Of a stretch of 64,000 bases of DNA, positions 10,757-36,163 are shown in pieces (the stretch's first letter is position 1; each line of letters begins with the position of its first letter). Below the pieces are notes generated by a model. It was given only the letters and a program-made list of their open reading frames with translations. It had not been told where the DNA came from and did not search any database. A program made the position numbers and the translations under genes. Origin of the DNA: Chrysomallon squamiferum (lineage: Eukaryota; Animalia; Mollusca); assembly GCA_012295275.1 (NCBI GenBank), contig CM022665.1:37634001-37698000 (forward strand), read 5' to 3'.

Positions 10757-13700
10757 TTAGCTGTCAGTCCCATACTTCATCATAAACTCAAAGTCTTTGT
10801 AGCTAATTCTGCCATCCCCATCACGATCAAGTTCTCTGAAATAAAAATATATAGTTAATATCATTAACAGATCTGTCAATTAACATTACAGCACCTCTTT
10901 ACTGATGTAAAAACTGGTCTAAGATCTCACTGGAGGTCTTGGCTGACCATGCTGACACCAAGTATTACAATGATGGAAAAAAATTATTATTGCTTTGCAA
11001 ACAAATACTGAATCTACTGACAGTGAAAAGATACATGTATCTGTTAGCCATAACATTTTTGAAAAAATATCTTGCTTCATTGTTATAAATGGTTGATTGT
11101 ATATGAAGCTTTGTTCCTTAATTCTTAATTTTTAGTGTTTATAACATAACATCACATCTCAAGATGTAAATAAATTATTTTGGTATTAAAATCTATGGCT
11201 AACAAATAGTTTTGTGCTACCTGAATGATGCTGCAATTGTATGAGCAGGGATTCGAGGAGCTATTTGATCAAACACTTTCATTAGATCTTCTATTGTTAA
11301 AAAGCCTCGACCTGGAAGAATACAGTTTCTTTTTTCATCAGTATAGTATCAACCAGGAATGTCTGTAACAGTTAACTAAAATAAAGTATGGAAGTAAATG
11401 TTTTTTTTACACACACACACACACGTGTTCGTACATACACATGTGTGTGTGTATGTCTATGTAAAAGAACTGCCATTAAGTACAAAAGGAAAATGAATTA
11501 TTTTATTTTGTGGTCTTATTTCGATTAATTAAAAAGTAATTTATAAGTGTACAAAATTTATTTAATATATTTGTTCACACTTGTTTGTATTAAAAGAAAG
11601 ACATGAAATATATGTTACTTACAGTGAGTATCAAATGCCAAAAATATTTGTCGTATTTCATCATCCTCAAATCGATTTGCATATTTTGGACCTACTGCAG
11701 CTATAAAATTTGTCAAAGATAGACCTTAAATTGTTAAAAAAAAAAAAAAAAAAAAAGAAGTAATAAATATAAAACCAGTGATTCAATCATTACAATATTC
11801 TATCATCAGTCAACAGTTTGAAATGTGCTCATATTATACCATGAAGAAGGGTCAAGTATAGCTGCTTTAAGTATGTTATCCAAACTTCAGGTACATGTAT
11901 ACTTGACAGAAGGGTTACGATGGTAAAAAGCTAGAGAATTTACACTCCTTAATTAGAAAAAAAAATAAAACTTGTTTATTATATTGGAACAAATTTAAAA
12001 CCAGCCTTGACCACAGCTAAATTGAAATTTACATTCATGAGTTAAAAAGATTAGATTGTAGTTTTATTTATATTAAAATTTTAATGATTTAGTTTAGATA
12101 TTTAAATATATATACCTATAAATAATTTATTGAGAAAAACTGGAGACTGATGAGCCATGGGGACCTGTGAGCCACTCCATTCTTCCCTGACTGCAAACTT
12201 ATTGTGACATATATCCACCATCAATGCAAATACTATACATGTAACATTCACCCATATTGTTTAGAGAACTTAGTTGCAGGCCATCAACATATTTGTTTAA
12301 AAAAGAAAGTTTCTGACTCCCTTGAGTGATATTTTTTACTTTGGTTACAGTTTAATTCTGAGATAATAAGACATATTTCATAGATCTTGTAAAGGTTTGT
12401 GTTGATGAAAGTGGCTATGGAGATCAGTGAGCCATTTTCTGTGGGGCACAATTCATCACCAGGTCACCAGCCACAGTCTTCTACCAGAACACAGCCTTCC
12501 ATCTATCAACTAGAAATGGTAACCATTTCTCCAGACCAGATGTGACTGTACCCCAAATTACCAGAAAGGAAACAGACTTCAAGGAAAAGGGCAAAAAGCA
12601 CTATCCTCACTGACACACCTCTGAGAAACTGCATTGCAATGGAGAAGAGCAGCAAAAAGGACTGGGTGCTCAGCAAAACAGCGATTGATAGATGCACAAT
12701 CCACTGCTGAATGTTGTGAAGAAAGCAGGTGTGAAGAGGAAACAGAAGATGCACATATTCCCTTTAGAAGAAACACCTGGAGTCAGATAATTATATGATT
12801 ACTGAGCATACCCGGAAGTGGAGCTTTATTCACGACATTGGTGTAATCATACAACCAAAAGATGACAATGGTACTATGAGGTCAAATTTTTCAGAAAATC
12901 TCCCAAGCATTCTAAATTATGTGTATTTACTGATCCTGTCAGGGAAGAAATCAGCTCAGCTGAGGCAGATTTCATTTTGGATGTCCTTCCTAAAACTGCT
13001 GCACAAACTACCAAAAGGCAGAAGGGAATCATACAATTCAGTGTCAGTTTTGATGGGTTCAATCTTGAATAAGATTCAGCATTAGTTTGGGACTCTGAAA
13101 CTACACTGAAACCAAAGACATTGAATCAACAGCACAATATGCCATAGACAAGTATAAGCACAGGAGTTAATGTGTTAAACATATATTTCAACCCTTCAAA
13201 CAACCTATCAAACTCTGTATTGTGATTGAAAGCAATAATGCCTCTACAAGCATCAACAGCTGTGCAGGTTTGGGTGAAATAGCTAAATATCTTTAAAATG
13301 GCTTATCCATCAACAGTTTCCTCTACAAACAAAATAGCTCCCCAGTAGTTCAGTCTGAATAGGCGTTTTGTATTTGACAAATAAAATACTTTGATATTAT
13401 ATAAAAGATTTACTAAAATGATACATTTTATGGCCAACCATTATAATATAACAAAAAAAAAAAAAATAATAATAATAAAAAGCAATAAAAGATCATTGTT
13501 ATCATTTATTATCAAGGGACTATTTTTTGGTATTTTACCATACTGTGGAAAACACACCCTAGTGCCCTTGGAGCACTGGCAGGTACAAGCAGTTTCTTAA
13601 TCAGTGCAAACAGCCAGTTAGCTATTTTATGAAATGATTAATGGTTGTACTCAACAAATACCAAATGTGTCTTCTGTTACAAGTAGATCATATTTCCATT

Positions 13701-14418
13701 TTTTTTTTTGCAAATATTTATTTTATCATAGTTTTAATTTTACAAAAGATGTAGATTAATAATAATATATATTACCTTTCTCTCCATTATTCATTACATC
13801 TCCAAATGTCTCCAAAATTTCATCTGTTTCATACTAAAAAATAAAAACAATATACAATGTATATAATAAAAAAATAATAATGGTAACAATAAAAAGAAAT
13901 TAAAAATTAAAATAATAATATCACTTACTGATTATTTATGTGCTGTTGATTTTTCATGTTTATCATTAGAATTAAAATTTTAAAACCTATTTTTTATTAC
14001 TGTCAAATCATAACACATAGAAAGATACTTATAATATCAAACGTAAGTGAAAAATGGGGAGAACCCCCCCCCAAAAAAACCCAGTAAACACCACAAAAAC
14101 AAAATATATAAAATTACAAAAATTAAGTTGTCTTTTTTCTTTTTCTGTTATTGAGGTGGGGGCAAATATGTTTATATTTCCTCAAACAAATACTTCACTA
14201 TACTAAAAATAGCATTTTATTGTTTAATCTTATTTAAATTTATGAATGATTGAGGACCAGATTACCTTTGATGGTTTGTATCCAGACAATGATATAATAG
14301 CAATTTTCACATCCTCTCTGGAAAGAAATCCTTTGCAACCATGGTCACAGTCATGAAATATCTTTTTTAAATAATAATAATCATTTAATTATCTAAAGTG
14401 GATAGCCAGTGTACTTAA

Positions 14419-14464
<46 letters not shown>

Positions 14465-14881
14465 GTAATAATGTTTCAGAATTCTAATTAAAACTATAAG
14501 AAATTGTGTACGTTTACAATATCGTTTAATTATATATATTTTTTAATGAAGTTAGAAGAAAAAATACATCTAAATTTATGTTTACAAAGTATTGATGATG
14601 ATCATTAATTTTAATCTTTTGTGAATAAGAACTGTTTCTATAAGTTATCGGAAACATTAATTAACTGTCCACTAAATAGCATAGCATAATTAACCCAAAT
14701 CGTATGTATTAGTTTGATAACCTGATTAGTATTTCATTATAGACCCAGTATAGGAATGATTTAATCCAACACGCCCATTCTTACTCACAGATGTTAACAA
14801 ATGTTTTTCATCGGCATTTATTTCTCTTTTAATGAATTTATATCCAGAATTAGTCAAATCAAAGAGCATTTTTGTAGCCAT
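10757..14881 (-). CDS. EFCAB11: EF-hand calcium-binding domain-containing protein 11 (172 aa, 6 exons)
   Basis: Exons 14881-14789, 14361-14266, 13833-13776, 11724-11623, 11311-11221, 10835-10757 (519 bp, all phases fit). Peptides IFHDCDHGCKGFLSREDVKIAIISLSGYKPSK, EIRQIFLAFDTHCRGFLTIEDL and FRELDRDGDGRISYKDFEFMMKYG match recalled human EFCAB11 (GYLSREDFK..LFGYKPSK, FREVDRDSDGHVSFRDFEY). Confidence 0.93.
12130..13072 (+). mobile_element. Decayed pogo/Tigger-like (DDE-1) transposase remnant in EFCAB11 intron 3
   Basis: From 12525: ISPDQM*LYPKLPERKQTSRKRAKSTILTDTP. After frameshifts: YEVKFFRKSPK..VFTDPVREEISS..ILDVLPK..TTKRQKGIIQFSVSFDGFNLE* (stop 13072). These resemble recalled C-terminal motifs of invertebrate pogo-like transposases. 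The left boundary is approximate. Confidence 0.65.
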
Positions 14882-15142
14882 GGCTTCTTAAATTTTGGCT
14901 GAAATGTACATCTATAAAGCAATAAAATAACAGGACTTGTCGAGACAGACACAAATGTGGAATTCCTGGGCAATCCCCATTGCTTTATTTTTATTGGCTT
15001 GGCATGTCACGTGATTCTAACGAGCGAATCAATTTGCTTCCGCTTCTAGAGATAAAATAGAACATTCATTATGGCTTCTTGTAGATGATACGATCTGTTT
15101 GTTGACAAAATAAAACCATTTAAAGCTGTTTTAAGGCTAAAA
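14882..15142. promoter_or_regulatory. Bidirectional promoter EFCAB11/FBXO11
   Basis: Start codons are 262 bp apart. Contains ATTGG (reverse CCAAT), GTCACGTGA (E-box/CLEAR-like, 15006-15014) and CTTCCGC, with CpG retained. Confidence 0.7.
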
Positions 15143-27985
<12,843 letters not shown>

Positions 27986-29605
27986 TTTAACACATTTTTA
28001 ATTTTATCAGGAAACCAAGGCAACTGTGCGTTACGAAACTGTGGTATTCATCAAAACAACATCTGTGATCGAGTCATTGTAGTTGTAAAACGATAATTAT
28101 GCTGCCCTGTACAGATCAAATCTTTTAAACAAGTCTGGATTTTAGATTTAATATAAACATTAAACAAAAAAATTATAAAAAAAAATTAAAAAAATATGTT
28201 AACAAAATACGCATATGAATTGATTTTTTGATTTTCATCTCTGTTTCATTTGTGAAGTCATCTCTGTTGTTGAAATTATGTGGGTGTCTTTTTGTCGAAG
28301 TGTCTGTGTATACTGAAGTAAAAATGTGAGCATCACTTCATAGTTCTTTTTAAACAGAAATATGAATGTAGATGACACTTTGTCAGGTTAATCTCTATTG
28401 TTGGAATAAACATTGTCTTCAGTTTATAGAATTATACGTGTAAAACTTCACTGTTTTAAATTGGAAATGCAGTCAGAATTCTCAGTGGTTAAAGTTCTCA
28501 AGGATCTTTTGTCTGCATGTCATATTCTAATTTTTCTGTTCAACAGAAATATTCTTGTTTGAGAAGCAGCTGAATATATACATTAACACTAAACTATAAT
28601 CAAAAAGTAACTATGAAGTTTTACATCAAAGTGGTGTGAAGTATTTTCTCTGAAGATTTTCCGTCTTTTTGTTCTTTTTTGTTGTTTTTCTTGAGACAAA
28701 TATGTGTACTTCATAATAGTGTAATTTCTATAAATTGTAATGTTCAGTGCATACTGTATTTAAAACCAAAGATTTTTCTGAAGCCTTTAAAGCAGTTTAT
28801 ATATTTTGTTCAAAAAACGTTTTGTCATTTTCTGAAGAAATATTTGACTCGTACATTTTTCTTCAGTTTATAATTTAATTTTTAAATTTTTTAAAATTAT
28901 TATTTGGGGTTTTTTAAAGTACTAAAGATATATTTTAATTAATCTCTGATAATTTTGTTATTCAATTGTAACAGCATTAGCTTGTTAATATATTATTCAA
29001 TGAGTCAATCTGATTTTCAGTTTTTTCTTAAAATTATGAATAACTGTCACATACATACAATTTTTATTTTTATTTCATTTGCCAAATACTTTTGTTTTTT
29101 ATATTAACTAATAAGAGAAATTATTTGAATTTTGTTTTTTAAATTACAGATTGAAAATGGCAAAATACTTTCAGTTAAATGCAGAAAACAAATTTTATAA
29201 AAATTACAAAATAAATAAAAATGTTTCTCAAATTTTTATTTTTTTATCCAATTTCATTTTGTTTATTGATATTTTATTATTATTATTTTTTATCAATATA
29301 ATTTTATTTTTATTTTTTTTAAATGTAAAATTTTGAAAGAAAAAATATTCTGATTTTATACTGCTAGCTACTTTAAATTTAATACTTCTGTTTGCATAAT
29401 AACAATGCTGTTTATATTAACAGTTATGTTTTGTTTCAGTATGGAATTCATTAACGTTACAGGATAGATTTTGTTTTTAATGCTAAAATTTTGATACATC
29501 TCATATATGTCATTGTCATTCTTTAAATTTTTTTAAATGTAATAGATGACCATTGTTGCATACAGTCTTCCTATACAAATTATCCCTTTTTTTTCTTCTC
29601 TTTTT

Positions 29606-29643
<38 letters not shown>

Positions 29644-32600
29644 GTCTTCCCATTTTCTTATTCAGATTTCTCATTTCTTGTTAATTTTGGGTCTTTTCTG
29701 CATTATACATGTTAACTAACTTCTTTGACATTAGTGATGTGAAATAATATATAACGGAAATGTATTGTAGTTTGGAAGATAATTTTAGAATAAGTTAAAA
29801 TTTTGCTGTGATTTACACTATATCTGATGTATTCAAAAACATGGAAGCATTCATTAATTATTTTTGACAGAAAAGGTTAAAAAAAAAAAAAAGATATTCT
29901 GAAAAAAGTCTTTTTTTACTTTTTAACTTTTTGGGGTCTTTTTTTTGTTTGTTTTTTGTTTTTGCTAACACTAAACAAAATACAATAATAGCAAACCTTT
30001 AGTTTGCTAAGGACCAGCCAAGGTTTTTAATTTTAAGTTTTTAAACTGAAATGTTTATTTGAATAAATTGAAACAAAAAAGTTTTTTTTACCATTCTATA
30101 GTCATGTTACGTTATTATTTATACAATAAACAGTAAAGATGATTAAGGCAGTTTGCTTGGTTTACAACAAAACATAATATTTGTACATATATTAGGCAAT
30201 AATTTATTAGCAATATTAATTAGTTGAAACTTGGTTAGAAATATTTTTTTCTAGATTCTGTTTGCTTTATTATTTATATACATGTACCAGATCATGTTTA
30301 GGTAGAAATTTTTCAGTATATTTTGTTTTCCTTAGATTTTATTTTATATTTACTGGTTTTTTCTGCTTGTCCAATGGCTTAAGTGCACTTTCCTCCAAAA
30401 CAGTTTGGTCCTGTTTTTGTTATTCCAATGACAAATCAACAAACAATTTAATGATGAAATTTAAATTAAATTAAAAACAAAATAAATAGCAATAAATTTA
30501 TAATATTTAACAGTTTTAAATATTTCATTTACATGCAGGATTCATGTATTTTGAAATTTGTATTAAATTTAATATTATTTGGCAAATTTAGTAGATTTCT
30601 CTTTATTTGTTAGAATCCATTGACTTCCTTTTCAAAGTTTAAAAAGTATTCAAGCAAAATTATTTTTAAGGATTGGTATGCAATTATTTATATAACAGTA
30701 ATTATTTAAAAGGTAGTAATTTATGGTGATATGTGGATATCTTAAAATCAGCTGTAGATGATGTAAATTAATGCCAGTTCAAGTTTCAATCTTACATCTG
30801 GCAAGCCGAAATTTTCTGAAAACATAGGTTTTGTTGATTGTTATGTTTGATGATAAAGTGCAGTGCACTAGTTATATTTTTGTTTTTCTGTATTTTTATT
30901 ATTATTACTCTATTCTATTCTATTCTTTTTTCTTTTTTTTCATCTGATAAATGGTGTTGGTGTGATAAAAATGTCTGTTTTATGTGGTGGTTATTTCATC
31001 TGGATACAGTTAATCATGTAAAAAAAAAAAGTTTTTGTTAAATGTAACTAATATTTAGCATTGTTGTTATTTGAAATTTATTAAAAAGATGATGTTTTTC
31101 TAATGCTTTTCTGTACATGTATACTACATTGTTAAATTGTTTTATTTTTATTTTTTATTTACTTACTTATTCTTTTCTTTTTTAAATTTATTATTAGGTT
31201 TCTATATTTTATTTTTTATTTATGTATTTGATCATGGTTTTTTGTTTTGTATTTTTTAAATGTATTGTTAGGTTTTATTTTATTTTATTTTGTTAGATGA
31301 TGAAACTTGTTGTTGATGTTTTTAATTTGTTGTTCCATGCAAATGTTTTATCTTTGAATACACAGAATGAAATTAATGTCAAGTAACTTTCTTCATTTGA
31401 AATCCGCAACAGCTAATATCTTATAGACAAACAGAAAGTGTATCAGACTTCTCATTCACTAGAAATCCTGATCAATAAGCTTTTTGTTAAGTAGTCAATA
31501 GTATTAAAATGATAATTTACTGTTAATCTAGCACACAAATTGGTCTGCAGATTCACAGCTTGAAATTTCTTCGGCAATATGGCAGTTTTCTCTTAATCTG
31601 GCAGACAAATTCATCTAATAATTCACAGCTTGAAATCTCATGTGTATATTACACAGAATTTCTCTCCTTCATAGGTGAAAATGATCTTTTGTACTTAAAG
31701 CTGTTACTGAAGGTTGGATTTTTAATTTGTCTCACAAAAGCCATTGTTGTTCTGTTCTTCATCTTGTGTCTTGTACAGATGTTATTTTATACTCTATATA
31801 ATACACAGCACCTTGGTGTTTTCATTCAGTATCTTGAATATAGTGGATTTATGTAAACAATGTCAAGACTGCCATGGATTCCATTGAATACATTTTGCAG
31901 AATGTATAATGAGTAATTATCTTTATCTGTTCTCTAGGTAATCACCTAAAATGTTTGATAATGTCTGTTTACTATTTTTTTTTCTCATTTATTCTTGATG
32001 GAATGTTGGTGCTGCTGGTAATATTTACCAAACCTATATTTTGTATATGTCTGGTATCAGATGTTATTGGAATGTTTGAGAAAGTGTCACATGTATGATG
32101 TTTCTGTTGTTCTGTACCGTCTCTCCGTGTATGGATTGTTGTGCTGTGAAAACATTTGTGTTTGATATAAAGGGGTGTTCTTGCTTTGTGACACATTTTC
32201 TGACATTTAAAAAAAAAAAAATGGTTGCTGAGTAAGTACATGTGTCAAAATGATACGAACAAATAACCCAGCTTCCGTTGATTGTGGTTGTTATATTTCA
32301 ATGTGTAATGTCTGGAAAACATTTGTAGTGCCAACATCTTTTTCACAGTGTTTGAACAGAAAGATACAGATTTACATTAAAGCAACATACGAATTTAAAA
32401 AGTTGGTTTTGTTAATTAAAGGATTTGTTTTAAAGTTCATAACAAAATGTTATAGTACAGGCAGGATAGCTGTATCATACAACATTTTTGTTGATTGTTT
32501 AATTTCACAACTAAATATTTCCATACCATTATGTTATATTTTTATTTATTTTATTTTTATTTTTTTTGTTCACATTACAGAATTTTTAATGGGACATATA

Positions 32601-35600
32601 AATATTTAGAAAATGTTTTGCACTGTAATTAGGGCATAGTAATGGGCATTAGTATAGTGATTGTTATTTTCACCAAATGAAAATGTGTGATTATTGTAAT
32701 TGTTTCTATGTGTTCTGTTGTATAATATTCTCAGGAGGAAATAATTTATGAATAATTAATAAGAATCATTATAATTATTAATACCAAAACAGTCTGGGTT
32801 TTTTTGTGTTTTTTTATCACAAGATGTGCATTACCAACCAATTAATTAATGTTTAAGAAAACGTGGAAGAAAATCTAATTGTTAGAGATAATTGTGTGTT
32901 TCTCATGTTCAAGGGGGAAAAAAATGTTTTCACATTTATATCACCACATTTATCAATTGTTTGATAGTGTTGTGTGTCTGTCTGTCTGTCTGTCTGTCAG
33001 TGTGTGTGTGCATGTGTGTGTGTGTGTGTGTGTGTGTGACTAACTGTTGATTGTTACAGGTGTTGCTCTAATATTCATCTCTGTTCAGTTCTGTTTTGGT
33101 TATGTGCACCTTGGCCAGTGTGATGTCTTGAACATGTACAGTTTGCTGAAGTACAGAGCAGTATGATAACTCAGTGTTGCATAACATGTGACATTTCAGC
33201 AAATGCTGTTGTTAATGTTTGAGTTTTTATTCATTTTAATCGACAAATTTTATCATCTTGTTTCGTAATAACATTATCTAGTTACAATTATTATTTTAAT
33301 TATTAATTTTAGTCTTTTTTTTATTTTTATTTTATTATATATCATATATTCATTAGTGCCTTTTTTTCCCCCTCCCCTTTTTATTTTCCTTCACAAAAAA
33401 AAAAAATAATAAAAATTATTATATCCCTTGTTCTTTTAGAAATAAGTAATTTATATATGTGTTTACTGTTTTACCCGTTGCACCACTTCTGAACAGTGTT
33501 AACTATTTTTCAGCTGTGAAAACATAAGCAATTTATTACTATTATTATTTATCTTCTGTTTAATTCATCAATATATCTGATGCAAGTTGATTTTGTTTTG
33601 TTACAAATGAATCTGCATTTTATGCGAGCACAGATGTGATTATTGTTGTCTGTGTGGTTGACATGTTGAACTATTTTCTTTCAATTATATTTCATTTTTT
33701 TAAAGTGTTGCATGGTTATGTGGGTAGACTGTGTTGGCTGACATCAATCAGCATCTTGAAACAAGCTGCTGTTTAATTGTTGATGTGTAATAAATGCAGA
33801 AAAAAAAAGAAAAAAAATGTATCAAAATTTAATGACTTTTGTTGTTTTTCTTCATGCTGAAATGATTAGGCTTATACTTTTTATTATTACTATTATTATT
33901 ATTTATTTATTATTATTAAATATTATTATTATTATTATTAACAACCTAACAATAACTTCATATCAAAAATGTATAAAACTGGTATATCTAGACAAGCTGA
34001 CTTCAGAGACAAATATGAAACGTGCTGGGTTACAGGATCCAGCCTTCCTTAGTGTCCTCATCTGACTGAAGTTAATGCCTTCACAGGTTTATCAGATGCT
34101 ATTGTGTGTGTCTCTCCTGTTTGTGAGGAGACGCACATGAACAAAAACAACACTTGGTAACAATTAATAATAAAATGAGTTGAAATATGTATTCATTCAG
34201 TGCATTTGTCTATTTCCCAGTCCAAACTATCCTTCATTTTTGGATTAAGAAATCTGTATTAAATGGTTTTCATTCCAATAGGAAAGTGAAGATTATAAAA
34301 GATCTCATCACAGAAGTAGCCCTTGAAGCAGTGGCAGCAAATTCCTTTTCTGTGTTATCAACATACCTGATGTACAAGAAGCATGGTTGATACTTAAAAT
34401 GTGTTGGGATACTATTAAACACACTCATAATTGAATGTTTAATGTCATTCTTATCTACAAAATGAAACATCATATATATGTTATATGAAAACACAGAAAC
34501 TAATATTTCAAAAAACAAATTGGCAATAATAACACCAAAAAACAATTTTTTTATTCTATTTATTAAGTGTGAATATTACAAACAAAGCATGATGGTTCAA
34601 ATACAAAACAACTGTATTTATTACCACCAGTAAAAACAAATTTAAAAAGGCTTAACATGCTTAATAACATGAAATTTAACACATGTATAAAATGTTTGTA
34701 AAAGTGTAAAATGTAGAAATATTAAAATTATCTTAATTTAAGGCACTGTGCATATAATACATATATATTGATTTTTAATTTTTTTTTTTTTTTTTTTTTT
34801 TTGATGTACAAATCACCTGGTACATAATTACATTGTTTAGTGTACATAGTAAATAAATGATAACATTATAAATACCTGGTATGACAATAACCGACCACTT
34901 TTGAAAAGCAGTAGATTACTCTAAAATTACCCACAAATCATCATTAGTTTGTACACCTGTAGCTATTAGTACTTATACCACCATATTTATTACATATTCA
35001 TTAAGAATTTTTCACATTCAGCTAAACATAATAATAATCTATCACAAAAACACTAACCATATTCATTTACAATGGAAAATTTACAATGGTAATAAAAATA
35101 ACATTTGTAAAATGATTAAAATTTTAAAACTTAAAAGATGAATACGCATGTATCTCACAGGTGTAACATATGTGTCTGTTATTGTAAAAATACTAAATAA
35201 AAAATACTAAATGTATACATGATGTGCCAAAAGTATTTTTTGAAACAGAAACTGGTAATCTTTATTTATCAATAATTCAGTTTTGTTTCTTTTCATTTAA
35301 ATAAATAAATAAAACTGCAAATTCAGAAGTGACAATTTGTACCAGTTTATGAATAGTAACATAGTGACATATAAAATTACTTTTTAAGCTGAATCCTCAA
35401 ACTAAAAAGATTAAATGACAATACTGATATGACATTAACTATAAAAAGTTATATATAGATAATACATTACAACAGATAAAATCCATAAAATGTAATATAA
35501 ATACAACACAGGCACTTTAAAGATCAAATATTAGTGTGTCTTGAAATTAAACTGGGTATGTCTCTCATCTAAAATAGAATTATGTTGGTTAACACCTTGC

Positions 35601-36163
35601 AAAAATGTTTACAACCTGTGTTAAATTTATCGGCTTTGTTAACAGTTTGTTGTATTTTTGAGCATGTCAGGATCCAAGAACAAATTTTATCATATACATT
35701 ATTTCTGAACAGTTTTGCTGTGAAAATAATTATATTAATCAACATATAGCTTTACATATAGATGTCACAAAAATGTGCATAGTTATACACTTCTGAATAT
35801 ATGATTTATGCTATATTCAGTAACATAATACAGCACATGTGCGTATATCTGTGTGTGTGTGTGTGTCAAATGTTCCTTTATATTTCTTTAAACAATTATC
35901 AATCAATAATGAATCATAAAACCTTTTTTTTTTTTTCTTAATTACTATTGAAATATACTATTTTTCTTCATACATATAATGAAATAAATTATGAATAAAT
36001 GTCATTTTTGATGCAATATATTCCAAATCCAAATATATATAAATCTTTCCCAGATATAAAAAAAAAAAACAGCTAAAAGAAAAAGACTTCCTCACTGTAA
36101 GTATTAAACCTGCTCCTGCTGTCCTCAAGAACAGTACCAGTTTGCCCTGGTCTCCATCATTTT

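Noticed and set aside
31560-32609. 98-119 aa ORFs downstream of FBXO11
   Set aside because: Low-complexity composition, no motifs or exon structure; probably UTR.
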